This document shows, piece after piece, positions 36,454 to 50,551 of a stretch of 64,000 nucleotides of DNA. A program made the position numbers and the translations under genes. Source of the DNA: Felis catus. Its lineage: Eukaryota. Position 1 is the stretch's first letter, and every line of letters starts with the position of its first letter. Under the pieces are notes generated by a model. That model was not told where the DNA came from. It saw nothing but the letters and a program-made list of their open reading frames with translations, and did no database searches. The stretch covers positions 25,980,001-26,044,000 of the forward strand of contig NC_058383.1 of the NCBI RefSeq assembly GCF_018350175.1. Reading direction: 5' to 3'.

Positions 36454-36584
36454 CTTTTGCAATCTTTCCTGTTCCCTTTCCTGCTCAGCTATGAGTAGTG
36501 ATAACTGCTGGGCATGCTGTTCTTCTAGTCTCTTCCGCATTTCTTCAAAAGCTAACATCTTGCTTTTTAATATCTCCTCGCCTT
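36454..36584 (-). CDS. CCP110: CCP110 exon 5 (131 nt; coiled coil [44 protein letters not shown])
   Basis: ttttcag|AA and AAG|gtgagg splice sites. Confidence 0.96.
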
Positions 36585-38622
36585 CTGAAAAGAAACACAT
36601 ACCCTCAAATTTAGAAAATTTACTAATATCTGATACACAATTTAAATTATGCTTCTGACCAAAGAGCATTCCGACATCTGACATGACACAATCAAGGCAC
36701 AGCCAGGTCCCCACTGTGAACCACATCCTCTGCCCCTCCCCTCACTGCATGCTACCAAATAAAGGCCTGTGTGTCACCACCATCCACGCTCAACAGATCG
36801 CATCACGATCTGAACTGATGGAGCCAAGACCATGTGTTCAGTCTGGATTCTCCTCACTCAAATTAACCTCAAGATGTGATTCTCATCTGTTTATTCTTCT
36901 GACTCTTGTTCTTCCCCAGGATCTCTGGTATTGTGGCTTGTAGTTTTGTTTTGGTTTGGTTTTTTAAATAAATGTTCCTTTGATAGTGCAAAGCTTCTCA
37001 GCTTCAGGTTCCAAAACACATCAGAAATTAAAATTACATATATCAGAATTACTAACTAAAAAATGTATTAAATCATTACAACTATACAACTTACTGAATA
37101 GAAAGGGGTAAGCCACTCTGAAATGTTGAAATACCAAGTATTACACAGACATAGCACATATTCATGGATCCATCACAATTCAACAAAATTCAAAGAATTA
37201 TTCTTTCCGAATATACAGTCAATGATTTTCACTGAAGATAAGCATACTGTCTATCTTCTATGGTACCCCCATAATTTGTTCCTAAATACATGGTATTCAT
37301 TTACAACAGTTTGCATTTGTTCATGTGCAATTTTTCATAGGCAAAAGGGACTAGAAAAGCAGGGCTAGAATTACAACTTTTAGCAAAAAAGGAAAAAGCT
37401 CCTCAGCCCAACCACACAACCAATAGTGAGAGATCATTCAGCTCTACCTTAAGAATTTCATAAATGAGCACTGTCCAGGGGCTCATCTGACAGCAAGCCG
37501 GCTACCTCCATGACTGGCCTCACCCCTATTAAAGCACTGCCCCATGGTTGGCTTTGTGGGTGTCTGCTACTCATGGGGACAGCCTCCAGCCATGCTGTAC
37601 TGTCCGTCTGGATTATCCAGGTTGGCTCCCCAGATATCGACTGATGTTTATTTATTAAAGTTCTTATAAAGTTACACAGGCCTTAAAACTCTATTTGTCC
37701 TATAAACCCTGTCATAGTGTGCAACTTTACAGAATGTGAAGGTTTTTTTAGGAAGATATTTATCACATTAGAAATGAAATGTTTATGTCCAAGAACTTCA
37801 TTTACTTGACTCAGATCTTCCGTATCAGTAATGAAGAATGATGAACCATGACAACAAAATAAGGATTAATGAAGAAGGCATGTTTTAACAAGTTGCTGTT
37901 AATATAACACTAGATGAGAAAGAAATTTGAAATATTTTTTATCAATAAAGATGCCATTCTTGAAATGCTACTCACAGGGACTTGTGATTTTTCTCTAATA
38001 ATTTGATGTTCAGGTGTTCCCTGAAGGACCAATTACATGAGGAGCTCATTACAAATGAAAGGACTGATGAAAATATTAGAAACCACAGTCCAAAAAGAAA
38101 ATATCATAGTAATACACTAGATTAAAACCGTGAGTGATGTTTCATGCAAGAACTTTTTCCTCCAGTCATTAACAATACTCTCTGTGATACAAAGTGAACT
38201 GTGAAAGATTCACATTTTAAATAAGAAAATCCTTGAAGAGGGGTGCCTGCGTGGCTCAGTCCATTAAACTTCTGACTCTTAATTTCAGCTCAGGTCATGA
38301 TCTCAGTCATGGGATCAAGCCCTGTGTCAGCCAGAGCTGGGTATGGAGGCTGCTTAAGATTCTCTCTCCCTCCTCTGACCCTCCCCTGCTTGTGTGCTTG
38401 CTTGCTCGCTCTCTCTCTCTCTCAAAAAAAGAAAATCCTTTAAGAAAGCCTATCAAATGGCAATAAACTATAGCTAATGATATGTTCTCTGACAAGAGAA
38501 ATGAAATTAAATATCCTGATGAACAAATGAAGACAATTATTGTTTTTCAAAATGTCAATTAAAAGTATTAAATACAGGGGCCATCTGCTGGGAGGGTATC
38601 AAACACTTCAGAGTTTCCTTAC

Positions 38623-40267
38623 CTTTGGAACTACTTTCTAACATTTTATTCTTGTTGATGTAGACAGATCCCTTAGGGTATCTTTTTTCTGGCAAATGTT
38701 GCCTTTCCTGTTCAGTTATTCCGGTTGTTAAGACAAAAGGGCAGTTTTCTTTTTGCAAACTATCAATATCTAAATCAAGTCTCCGTTTAACTTTCTCAAA
38801 ACTGTTATCCAAAAATTGTTCATTTCCACAGGACACTGTAGGGGTGTCCATCTGCTGTCTGGTATTCTGGTTTTGCATCAGTAAAGGAGATGGGTTTTTT
38901 ACATCATAAGACTTATTCAGTTCCATCTGTAAATTGCAGGAGTTTTTCTCTAACACATTGGCTGACTTGAGTGCACTCATAGGTCCAAAGTTTTGACTCA
39001 CTACACACTGACCGGTGGCATATGGCTCATGCGATCTTGGCATCGCAGTACATGTACTATCCATTTTGTGTGGTCCTCTCCCATCACATGTTAAGTGACC
39101 TTCCATGACATCAAGTCCATGAATAACCTTATTTTCTAGGTGATTTCCTGAAGACTGACATACCTGATTTGATTTACCCAAAACCACTTCCTGTATGGCT
39201 TCAGATGTATTTTTGGTGACATAAACCTTGCTTGAACAAACTCCTAAATCAACTGGTAACTTTGGCACAGTTTCAGGTATTTGTGTTTTTTCTTCAGTAT
39301 CTTGAACAACTAAGTCTATCGTCTGTTCTTTTCCTTTAGGACTTAACTCACAGGCGTTTATTGGGTTATTTATAAGTATATGACATGCTGATGATGGTCT
39401 AGAATGCCTTCGATGCATTTTAGGACTCAGGCTTGGCTCTGGAGTAGGTAATTTGGCATATGAACCAGTAAGACTTTTGATAACATTATTTTCGGTAACA
39501 AAAGTGGGAATGACTTTAAAATCAGAATCAGGATCTAAAATAGTGTGATGGCCAGTTCGTACAGGTATGTCCACTTTAGAAAAGCTACCTAAAACTGATG
39601 TATTCATGCTGCTTGCTTGAGCGGAAGCACCTTGGAGAAGAACATTTGATTTATTAAGGCTTGGTTTGTCAGGAATAACTGAACCACAGTGTTTGCCAGT
39701 CAACTGTGCCTTTTCCTTTCCATAGTCAGTCACTTTACCAGCATCATTCTCTTTATCTGAATGACTCTCGTTAACACTCCTCTTTGCACTACTTCTCAGA
39801 CTGCGTCTAGACTGTTCTCTTTCTATATATTCCTTTGACTTTTTCATCAGGTTCTGAAGACTCATTATGTAGGGATCTGGAGTAACTTCCGAAAGTGATG
39901 GATCCGGTTCTTCATGTGTTGGCAAGAGACCATCAGATGTAAGAGTCTCCTGTGGAGTTGCTGAGGGGGTTTTTACAGAAGCTTCGTTTTCCGCAGGGCT
40001 AATATCTGAAATATCACACTGCTTCAGAGCATTAAATTCTTCTGAGTCCCTAGCTAAGTCTATCCCATTGAATTTAAATCGGTCCTCATTATTCAGTGGC
40101 AAAATTCCAGTTATCTTTTCAGACTTTCCTAAAGTAGAGTGTTCAGTAGGGCTTGGCAAGATATTTGGAAACATAGCAGGGACATTCAGGTTTCTCTCTT
40201 CTGAATTAGAGTAAACCGTTTCAGTCTCCCATGGATCAAAATCACTAGCATTAGGTGCTTTTCTAAC
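38623..40267 (-). CDS. CCP110: CCP110 exon 4 (1645-nt large exon) with the KVKRRLDL RxL motif and KEN-like motifs
   Basis: tttcag|GTT and AAG|gtaagg; open throughout (ORF 38555..40174); [18 protein letters not shown] and [16 protein letters not shown] are recognisable CP110 motifs. Confidence 0.98.
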
Positions 40268-40975
40268 CTGAAAAAGGAAATTTAAAAATTAGTATTCCCT
40301 TACTACACAAAAAAACCTTTGATTTGTTTTCTAAAATAAAATTGAAATAGAAAATTCAGAGTTCTAATATTTGAAAACACAAACAAACAAAAACTAAGAT
40401 AACCTTTTTCTATTGTGTCCTATATCACAGGGAGCACAAATTACTATAAAAAATATCCATTGGTCATTCTGGCCTGTTTATTTAAAGATTAAAAGAAAAA
40501 AAAGGAGATTATCTAATCTGATACAATATGTATGTATGTGTATGGGTATACACGTATATTCATATATCCATGTGCAATTTAATCTTGGAATAGAAGGAGT
40601 CTCATTAACTTTCTTTTGGTTTACATGTTATTAATGTCACCAGCTGTTCCTCCTATGAAAGCTGTCATCGAAGCATACCAAGGTATGAGTTAAAATAGCA
40701 AATAAATTTTCTTACATAGATGACTCCTTCTTTAACAAAGACTAACATATTTTGTAGTAACTAAAAGTAAACATTGTAACTAAAATCCTTCTATATGATG
40801 AGGCAAATTTGTAGTAAATGAAAGCTCAGCCATGTAGCTTAAGTTACTTAGAAATAAAATTTTCAACTTAAAATCCAAATCATCAAAGCAAACTTCAATT
40901 TGATTAACCGATGGCCATTTTTAAACAGCAACCTGTTTATGAGTTTTGCAACAAGCCAAAAAAATTGTGAATTAA

Positions 40976-42035
40976 GGGGCACCTGGGTGGCTCAGTCAGT
41001 TAAGTGTCCAACTTGAGCTCAGGTCATGATCTTGCAGTTTGTGAGTTCAAGCCCCACATCGGGCTCTCTGGTGTCAGATGGGAGCCTTGCTTTGGATCCT
41101 CTACCTTCCCCCGCCCCTCCCCTGCTCACACGTACTCTCTCTCTCTCTCCAAAATAAATAAACATTTAAAGTTTTTTTCCAGGGGCACCTGGGTGGCTCA
41201 GTTGGTTAAGTGTCTGACTTCAGCTCAGGTCATGATCTCATGGTTCGTGGGTTTGAGCCCCGGGTTGGGCTCTGTGCTGACAGAGCCTGCAGCCTGTTTC
41301 AGATTCTGTCTCTGGCTCTCGCTGCCCCTCCCCCACTTGTGCTCTGTCTCCAAAATAAATAAACATTAAAAAAAAAAATCCAAATTAAGAGAACAATTGA
41401 TACACAAGAGATCCAACAGAAAAAATTAAAATTACACTTTCTATCTAAATCATTTGACTTTGCAAAAGAATAAAAAGTGAACTAGGGGGTGCCTGGGTGG
41501 CTTGTCAGTTGGGTGCCCGACTCTGGATTTCAGCTCAGGTCATGATCTCACAATTTGTGAGTTTGAACCCTGCATCAGATTCTGCACTGAAAGTGCAAAG
41601 CCTGCTTGGGATTCTCTATCTCTGTCCCTCTCTCTCTATCCCTTCCCCATGCACACAGCTCATCAACCCCCCAAAATAAATAAATAAACGTTAAAAAAAA
41701 GAATAAAAAGTGAACTAGGATGGTTTTTAAAGATTATACAAGTATATGTTAAGCTGACAGAAATTATCATATTATCAATACAGACTCCAGAATCCTGAAT
41801 ATTAAAAGATTTTTAGGGGCGCCTGGGTAGCTCAGTCGGTTAAGCGTCCGACTTCGGCTCAGGTCATGATCTCATTGTCTGTGAGTTCGAGCCCCGCATC
41901 AGGCTCTGTGCTGACACCTCAGAGCCTGGAGGCTGCTTCGGATTCTGTGTTTCCCTCTCTCTCTGACTCTCCCCCGTTTATGCTCTGTCTCTCTCTGTCT
42001 CAAAAATAAATAAACATTAAAAAAAAATTTTTTTT
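40976..42035 (+). mobile_element. Cluster of four co-oriented CAN-SINEs in CCP110 intron 3
   Basis: Heads at ~40976, 41182, 41486 and 41816; the third has TSD AAAAGAATAAAAAGTGAACTAGG. Confidence 0.92.
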
Positions 42036-43147
42036 TTACGATTTTTAGGTCGTTGTGTATGTGTTTTTTCCCTAGACCATATGGCACTCCTGTTTTACCT
42101 TACAAATCCCAAGACATATAATGGTTTCCAGGTACTAATGCAATAAACAGTACAACAAAGTATACTTAGTCACAACCTCAGGATCAAAATAAAACAAAAG
42201 TGATACATACTCACCAAACCCAGGAACATATTCATAGGTTTAAGTAAAATAAAATGTTTTCTTAAAATACCTCACGTTTCACATTTGTGTATACAGCAAC
42301 TATGATTTTGTACACTACTAAAATGAGCCTTAAACTTAATATGGACAGTAATTATAATCTGCAAATTAAATTACTACCCACGGAGAAATGAAGGTAGCAG
42401 TTGGTGGGAAATAGTCTCAGGTTCATTATACATGTGTCATCTAGTATGAATTATACAGACTGCAAACCCTTAAGATTATGAAGAAAATTTTAAATGTAGC
42501 CTGCAGAACAGTGCTATGTATGGTAGACATAATTTGTTCAACATAATTCATTTGGGTTTTTTTTAGTATGATCCAGACCTTAAATTGTTTATACAAATAT
42601 AAATTCAGCTAAATAAAAATAATTGCAAACGGCATGAATGTATTGTTTAAATGGTTTCTATTTGGATCTAAGATGAATGTAGACAATTCTACTTATCTAA
42701 TCTAAATTGCATTTGTGTATTTAAGAGGGTAATTTTCACCAAAAAAAATTGGGGGCAGTTATTTACTTTAGCAGAGAATGAGAATAAGGTCATTGAGTCA
42801 ATAGTCTGATTAGTTCAGAGGTAAACCACAATGGTCGATTCTATCATTTTGTCACTGAGAATTCCATGTTTTTAGAGTCATAAGACACAGACAATAAGCA
42901 ATTATATTCAGGGTAGGGCTCCATTGTCTAAGTACCCTCTGATTCAAGTACTAGGCATCACTAACAAGCAAGTGAGTGTTCTTTGGAGTAACTGAAATGG
43001 AATATTACAAACTACAAAGCTTCTCAAACATTATAGTAAAATATATTGGTAACTAACTAGTAAGTGCAAACATATTTCTGAAAAATTATCATCAATGCTT
43101 ACCTCATGATTTCTTAATTATAATTTTTAAAAGCCTACATTACACAC

Positions 43148-43276
43148 CTGAACATTTTCAAGAATCTCCTGGACACGAGCCAGTAAATCTTTCTTCTTAT
43201 TTACATGCTTTCTTGTTTCTACATCAAGGGCTTTCTGCTTTTCTTGTTGCATTTCCTTCCTTCTCTCAATGGTAAG
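43148..43276 (-). CDS. CCP110: CCP110 exon 3 (129 nt; [43 protein letters not shown])
   Basis: ttgcag|CTT and CAG|gtgtgt splice sites. Confidence 0.96.
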
Positions 43277-44093
43277 CTGCAAAACATCATAAATATATAA
43301 TTATTTCTCATAAATATAAAAATATCATAAAATCAGAAAGCTTTGAATCAGAATGATTAAAACATGGAACAGATAAAACCACAGGGAAAGATATCTGAGC
43401 AGTAGTGAGGGGTAATGAGGAGGTTGGGGCATGGGAGATCTTTCTGTGGGTACAAGAATGTTCTGTGTAGGTGTGAGTTATACAGATGTACGCCATATAT
43501 GAAAACTCATGGAACATTAGAACTTGAGATCTGTGCATTCTACTGCATGTAAATTATTCTCAACTGAATAAAAAAGTTAAAAAGAAAGAAAAAAACCTGT
43601 TCACTTACCCAATGCTCTAAAATGAGAAATAAAATAAGCCCTTTTGGGGGCTCCTGGGTAATCCAGTTAAGGGTCTGACTCTTGATTTTGGCTCAGGTCA
43701 TGATCTCACAATTCATGAGATCGAGCCCCACGTCGGGCTCTGTGATGACAGTGCAGAGCCTGCTTGGGATTCTCTCTCTCCTCTCTCTCACTCTCTCAAA
43801 ATAAATAAATCAACTTAAAAAACAAAAAAAAAAACCACAATAAGCAAATGGTATTTTTGAACTCTGACTGGACCCAGATTAGGAAAAAAAATAGTATAAC
43901 AGACATTTTGAACACAAATGGAGAAATCTAAATATGAACAGAATATTAGATGCTATTAAAATTATTACTAATCTTCTTAGGATGTGATGATGGTATTGGG
44001 GATTTTATGTAGGAGGATATCTTATTTTTAGAATATTTATACCAAAACATTTAAGAGAAAATTGTTATACAGCTTCAATTTTCAAATGGCTCC

Positions 44094-44124
<31 letters not shown>

Positions 44125-44845
44125 GCATGTATGTGTATATACACATCTACATATATATAAAATCACAAACACCATAAAGCAAAGATGGCAAAAGTGTTAA
44201 AAATTATTAAATCTAGATGGTATACATGTGGGGAGTCACTGCACTACCCTTTCTATTTTTCTGTATGTTTGAAAATGTCATTACAAAAAGTTGGCAGAAA
44301 ATATTGATCTTTTACCTCCTGTTATATAAAAAAAAATTCTTCATGCAATTTCTATCAATTATATTAATTTTCTGGTTTGAAGTAAAGTCACACACATTTT
44401 AAAAACATTCAATCAGTATGAAAGAGTTTACAATGAAAAGTGTGTCTTCCTTCTCATCCTGTATTCCTTTATCATTCCTAAGAAAAAGAATCTTATATAA
44501 AAACCCAAATAGTTAACATATATTGAGTACCTCCTATGATCCAAGTAGTGTTCTAAGCATTTTACATGTATTAGATCATTTAATTCTCCAAAGAATCCTA
44601 TTAAAGTAGACACTATTTTTATTCTCATTTCAAAAATAAAGAAAATGCGGGTGGCCTGAGTGGTTCAGTCAGTTAAGAATCTGACTCTTGATTTAGGCTC
44701 AGGTCATGATCTCATGGTTTGTGAGTTCAAGTCCTATATGGGGCTCCGCACTAACAATGCAGAGCGTGCTTGGGATTATCCTTCTCTTCTGCTCTCTCTG
44801 CCCTCCCATGCTCACGCTCTCTCTTTCAAAATAACTAAATAAACC

Positions 44846-45075
44846 GGGAAGGGGAGGGCAGAGAGGGAGGGAGAGAGGGAGAGAGAGGGAGGGAGAGGGA
44901 GGGAGAGAGGGAGGGAGAGGGAGGGAGAGGGAGGGAGAGGGAGGGAGAGGGAGGGAGAGGGAGGGAGAGAGGGGGAGAGAGGGGGAGAGAGGGGGAGAGA
45001 GACAGAGAGGGGGAGAGCAAGGGAGTGAGAAAAAGAGAGAGAGGGAGAAAGAAAAGAAAAAAGAAAAGAAGTACA
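44846..45075. repeat. Polypurine tract with (GAGGGAGGGA)n units at a SINE tail
   Basis: About 230 nt almost exclusively G/A on the plus strand. Confidence 0.95.
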
Positions 45076-45757
45076 AGAAAAGAAAATGGACCTGCAAGTT
45101 CACACAGCAGGTAGGTGGCAGAGCAGTGATTTAAACCAAGGACAGCAGGCTCCAGAGCCAGGCTTGTAAGCACTATTTTACCCTGCTCCAGAGAGCACGA
45201 TGTGTGCAGTGATTTACAATAGACTGTGGAGATCCTTCCATGCCTGCACATGTAGGTCTATTGTACTCATTTCAATGGCATGTATGAGATTTCTATAAAA
45301 TGGACCACAATCTTTAAACTAGTCCACTACTGGACATTTACGTTGTTTGTTAATCTTTTGATATTTCAAACAATGCTACCATAACCTGTACGTATTTCTT
45401 CGGGCACAAAGAGCAGTATAAGTGTAAGATATTCCCAAAAATGGAATTGCTAAATCAAAGGTTACATATACTTTCAAATTCTGATAAACACTACCAAAAT
45501 GATCTCCAAAAAATAAAATCAGCTGATTCTCTCAGAAAAAATGTAGGATAAGTGCTTTTTCCCCACAACCTAAGGAACGGTAGGTCTTAGCAGATTTTTG
45601 CCAATCTAGTAGATGAAAAAACGCTAACTCTTTTATATTTAATTATGAATACGAAGCATTTTTTCAATGTTTATAACCCTTTTTTTGCTTTTCTGTAAAC
45701 TTACCTTAGTGACTCAGTATAGAAAAAAAGATTATTTAAAAATCATAGAATGTTTAC

Positions 45758-45898
45758 CAGTGGAGAAAGCACAGCCACTCCATGGAAGCGGATAAGTGAG
45801 ATGCTTTCAGATGGGACAGGTAGAAAGCTCTCCGTGGACAGTGATGCCTGCTGGACTCTGGCGAGACTATTCTCACAGAACTTCTCATACTCCTCCAT
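45758..45898 (-). CDS. CCP110: CCP110 first coding exon ([47 protein letters not shown]); exon acceptor at ~45913
   Basis: aagATGG start, CTG|gtaaac donor, ctgacag acceptor 15 nt upstream of the ATG; all coding exons sum to 3030 nt = 1009 aa + stop. Confidence 0.96.
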
Positions 45899-48800
45899 CT
45901 TCCCACAATTACACTGTCAGAGAGAAAAATGTCACTTGCAATGTGCTGAGAAAAACAGATCTTCATGATTTGGCAAGTTTTATAGAGCACTTAAATATTT
46001 CTAGCATTCACAATTCCTAGAACTGGCCCCCAGAATTTTTTTTTTCACTGATGAACAGCGAATTCTTAAGTAGAGGTAAGCACCTCAAGATCCTACCCAG
46101 TGAAGCCTTGCTTCCTATATTAAATATTCCCAAACATATGTATATAAATCAATCTTTAAATATGATTTGTTTAGAAAAGTACTAAGAACTCACCAGGGAA
46201 AAATTCTTAAGAGGAACAAAAGTTCTACACCACTTTACTCACTTCAGATTATAAACTAGAATATTGTATTTTCCTTAGCAGGACTTATCTACACAAGAAA
46301 AACTAAATCATACAAGGGTAAAAATGCCAAAAGAAAAAAAAAGACAAAAAGGCTATTTACATAAAAGAGGATATTTACCTTTTAAAATTCTTCTGTTATC
46401 ATGAAGTTCAAAGTCTATTAGTACTTTCACATCTTGAAAATATATCTGGTCTCCACAGTCACCAGACAAATCAGTCACAAGTGGAAACCAGAGAATCTAC
46501 TGGCTCTCTTAATACTATCTAATTGTTGAAAATTCTAAGCACCACCAAACTACTTAAAACAATCAGCCCAGTAATTTCACAACTTCTGGAAAAGTGTGAT
46601 GATGGCTATGAAAATGCAAGGTAAACAGGAAGGATTAGCCACCATGTTCATTCATTTAGCTAATGTTAAATATTTGATTGCCTGTTTCCACAGCTTTATG
46701 TCTGGCATCGTTTCCTTTAAATAAGAGAAAATGAAAAGAGAGACATCAGACTCATAACCAGCAAGGGTATGAACTGTGAAAACAGAAAAATACAATAATG
46801 TTCCCTTAGGTGTTCACTTTAAAACAATTAACCAAAAAAGGCGGGGGGTGGAAAATTTAATTGACGATATGGGATACGCAGCAATGAAATAAGATAGAAT
46901 ATGATACTGTCTTAAGCATTAAGGTACTTAAAAATGTAGTACACTAAAATGTCAGGGACACATTATAGCATAATTAGAAATGAAGAAAAAGCATATTATG
47001 ATTTGATTATGAAAAATAAGATATATTGCTAATTTTGACCAACTGGTAGTCTTCTTATTAATAAAACTTCTTCCTACCATCCCATCAATTCTAATTATTT
47101 CTATATTCAACTTATGAAAAGTGTGAGTTTAATTTCAAAGAAAATTATACTGGAGTGTGAATGAGATTATTTTTCAAGCTTTTATTCATAAAACAAGCAA
47201 AAGTAAAAAAAACAAAACAAACAACAACAACAAAAAAAACCACAACACCTTTCTGCATGACATACCAAGGCCTCATTTTTTAGTCTGGATTTCAACCCCC
47301 ATTATGTTATCTTAACAACCAAAATATGCAGAAGCTAAAATGTAAGAGAAATTCAAACAACTCAATTTCTACTAAAATACTTAAAAATATTTCTTAACAC
47401 AACCCACGCATTCAGCATTATAGGGCATGTAAATAGATGACTATACAATTATAAGAAATATTTACTTTCTATGTATACACAAGCAAAGTATGAAATTCTA
47501 TTTTAAAGTTCTGGGGAATGTAAAGAATGAATAAAATGTTTTTGTGGCAAGTTTTATTTTTCTTTCAACAACCTCATACAGATATGCCAATTGCTTTGGA
47601 AAGTTAAATTCAAATCTCTTAAACAGCACACGTTTGTCATGCATATTGCAGATGTACCGTGTTAGATTTTTTATTACAGCATAACTAGGGCATATGATAG
47701 GGCTTTTAATACCCAAATACAAGTGCTAAATATGGTTGATTATGGAAATTACCAAATGATCCTAGAGCATGAAAGAATTTTTCCTATCCTTCAGCCTCAA
47801 TGTGAATTTCCCTGACCTCAAAGAGGCCATCCCTGATTATCCCATCTAAATTAATCCTGCGTTTACTCACTATCACATTACCCTGCTATTTCCCAATTTT
47901 CATAGCACTTACCACTATCTGAAATTATCTTGTTTATCTCCTTGGGTTTTGTCTGTCTTCCTCCACCAAAATGTAAGCTCCATAAGCACAGGTACCTTTT
48001 CAGTCTTGCTCACCACTGAATCCCCATTACATAGAACAGTGTCAGCACACAGTAGGCACTTGATAAAAGTAATGAACAAATGAATTAGGGTAATTGGCTC
48101 AAACAATAATGCAAACCAGGAGAGAAGAAAAAAAAGGAGAGAGTGGACCAGATAAAAAAGAAGCTAGAGAGGAAGAATGGAATTTAAAGGCTGGTAGTTT
48201 CATGGATGATCCTATTCTCCAAAGAAACTGGTACCTCTCAACTGCAAAGGCAATCATTTCAAAAATGAACATGGTATCCTATATGATTAGCAAGAAGGCA
48301 CTTCATTTCTCACACAATTACCTGTCAGCAAAGTTTTTTTTTTTTTTTTTTTTTTTTGAACAGAGCCTTGACTACAATGCCACTCCAACCACAAATCTAA
48401 CGACCCACAGTTTACCAGCAGGCATTACCAGTCCACTTGAATTAACAATTTTCAGCTGCATCAAGTTCAGACATGCCTTGTCTTCTCCATTTATACCACG
48501 ACCCTTCTCCAAATGAGTCTCTTTGCAAACCCCATAGACGGGTGCTCCTCACCAGTGTTCTACCAGAAATGTCACTAAAGGGGATAGTGCAAGTAACAGA
48601 ACAGATCTTGCTGTGTTTTCGGATGCTAGCTGCTCGTTTACCCCCTAGTGCTCCCAAAGACAAACTTTTTGTAGAGGCAATAAAGAGGAAAGTTTCTTAT
48701 TCGGGGACATATTAGCTGTGTGTTCTTGGCAATTTACTTACCATCCCTATGCCTCAATTTCCTCATCTGTAACGCAGGGATAATCAGAGTATCTGTCTCA

Positions 48801-49379
48801 ATAATTCAATGAACTAAAACGTGTGTGGCAATTAGCATAATGCAGGACACGCTGAAAGGACCAGTATAGGGGACTGCTTTTATTATTAAGAGGATGATGA
48901 TTATTATGACTTTTGTCACTAGGTTATGAATATCGGGAGGGTAGGGACGGTGCTTTGTTCCTCGTAGGATTCAAATGTAACTTTAAAACACAGAAAGGGG
49001 GACAACAGCGTCCTCATTTCGTTGTTTCCAGACCCCTGTCCATCAAATCAATCTCTGGGAGCCTGTCACTTGCCTAAACTGGGGGTAGGGAACCGGGATT
49101 ATAACCCTGCAGAATAGGAATCACCTAGCAGTATCAGGGGCAATCAAGAGAATTTGCTTTATTAGCCTCAAGCTTATTCCCCGGGGTCGCAAAGGCAGAG
49201 TAAACAGCACTCCTAGGGCCTTTGGTTGTGGTAACCGGCTTTCAGAATGTCCAGTGCACACCCTGAGGACGCTCCCTCGCCAGTATCTTGGGAGAAGAAA
49301 AACGGTCCAGTTTTATCAACGTGAGGCGATTACGGCTCTGTCTCGAGTTTATTTCCTAGGGACCCTCTGCCTTGCCCCC

Positions 49380-50040
49380 AGCGCCCCACGCCCACCTCCC
49401 CCAGCTCCTTTGATGGGGCTCCATCCCGAGGGCCCAGGCAGCACCAGCATCCGAGCATCACCTCCGCGCCGAGTGTCGCTGGTCCCCGGGCACCTGTCTC
49501 CTCACACTCGGCGCTTTTCTAGAGACTCGAAGCTCAGGGGTCCACCACCTGCATGCGGGTTCGGCACAGAATTCACCCTCAGCTCTCAGGGCGCCAATTC
49601 CGCCTCCCCCGGTGACCTAAAAGCCGGGACCCGCTGAGGATCTAGTTCCCTCCTTAAGCACACACCTGATCTCCCACGGCCTCGTCAGCTTTTTTTTTTT
49701 CCCCTCGCCACGGGCCTTGTCAGGAAGCAAACGGCTCAATTGGTACTGACAGAGCGCAGCTCGGTCCGCCGCCGCCTTCTCCTTCTCCTCCCCGCCATAT
49801 TACTGGTCTCAGGCGGCAACGCGGGATCCTGGCAACCGCCACTGCCGCCGCCACCGCCCGGACTCCACCTTTTTGGGCCGGCACTTCCGGGGGCTGCTTC
49901 CGGGGCCGTTGGAACGGTTGGGCCTGCAAAAAACTACAATCCCCAAGGTGCATTGCGCTCCGCGGTACGCGCCCTGTCCTAGAGATGGAAGGCGTAGTAC
50001 TTGCGGGCGGCGCAGTGCACGCTGGGAAACGTAGTCTTCA
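49380..50040. promoter_or_regulatory. CCP110 CpG-island promoter with two ZNF143/SBS (ACTACA..CCCA) motifs and ETS sites
   Basis: ACTACAATCCCCAAGGTGCATTGCG at 49933-49957 (+); GACTACGTTTCCCAGCGTGCACTGCG at 50011-50036 (-); CACTTCCGG at ~49882. Confidence 0.8.
49666..49870 (-). other. CCP110: Probable non-coding exon 1 of CCP110 (TSS approximate)
   Basis: Within a CpG island; CAG|gtgtgt donor at 49666/49665, the same donor hexamer as exons 3 and 14. Confidence 0.55.
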
Positions 50041-50510
50041 CTGCAAGCTAGGGCCTGTAAAATTTTAATGTATTACTGTAAGAACGCCCCTCAGGTCTGA
50101 CCCCCCTGAAGTGTTCCTTGTAATTGCTACTTTTTACTTATCTGTAAAGAGATAACCTCTTTATTTGTGGTCGTTGGAAAGCATACAACACTTACCAAAT
50201 TTTTTTTCCCGTAAATAAAAAATTGCTGAATCCCAGATATCAACTCTAAGCCTCAAGACATCCCTACACTTTTGCAAATCAGTGGGAAAGCACGTCCAAG
50301 AACAAAAAGTAACAGGTTCAAGATGGCCCAAAAAGCCCTGAATGTTTTACCAAAATCTTCTATCTAAACATATTACCAGCTTTCCCCAAAATATGAGGTA
50401 GTTAGTTGCCCCTTTCCATTTCCTAACTCTGTTTTACCTTCTACCTTTCTTGCTGAAAATTCTTCCCGTGCCTATTTTTGCACATGTAAAATGAGTTTTA
50501 AGAGTGCCTA

Positions 50511-50513
<3 letters not shown>

Positions 50514-50550
<37 letters not shown>
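50514..50550. repeat. (CA)n microsatellite between the CCP110 and GDE1 promoters (others at ~55641-55694 and ~61080-61193)
   Basis: Directly visible. Confidence 0.95.

Positions 50551-50551
<1 letters not shown>

Noticed and set aside
44699..45251. Pro/Ser/Leu-rich ORFs
   Set aside because: Translation of the polypurine simple repeat
45893..45905. Identical TGGGAAGATGG start context in CCP110 and VPS35L
   Set aside because: AAGATGG is a very common start/YY1-type context, so coincidence is likely
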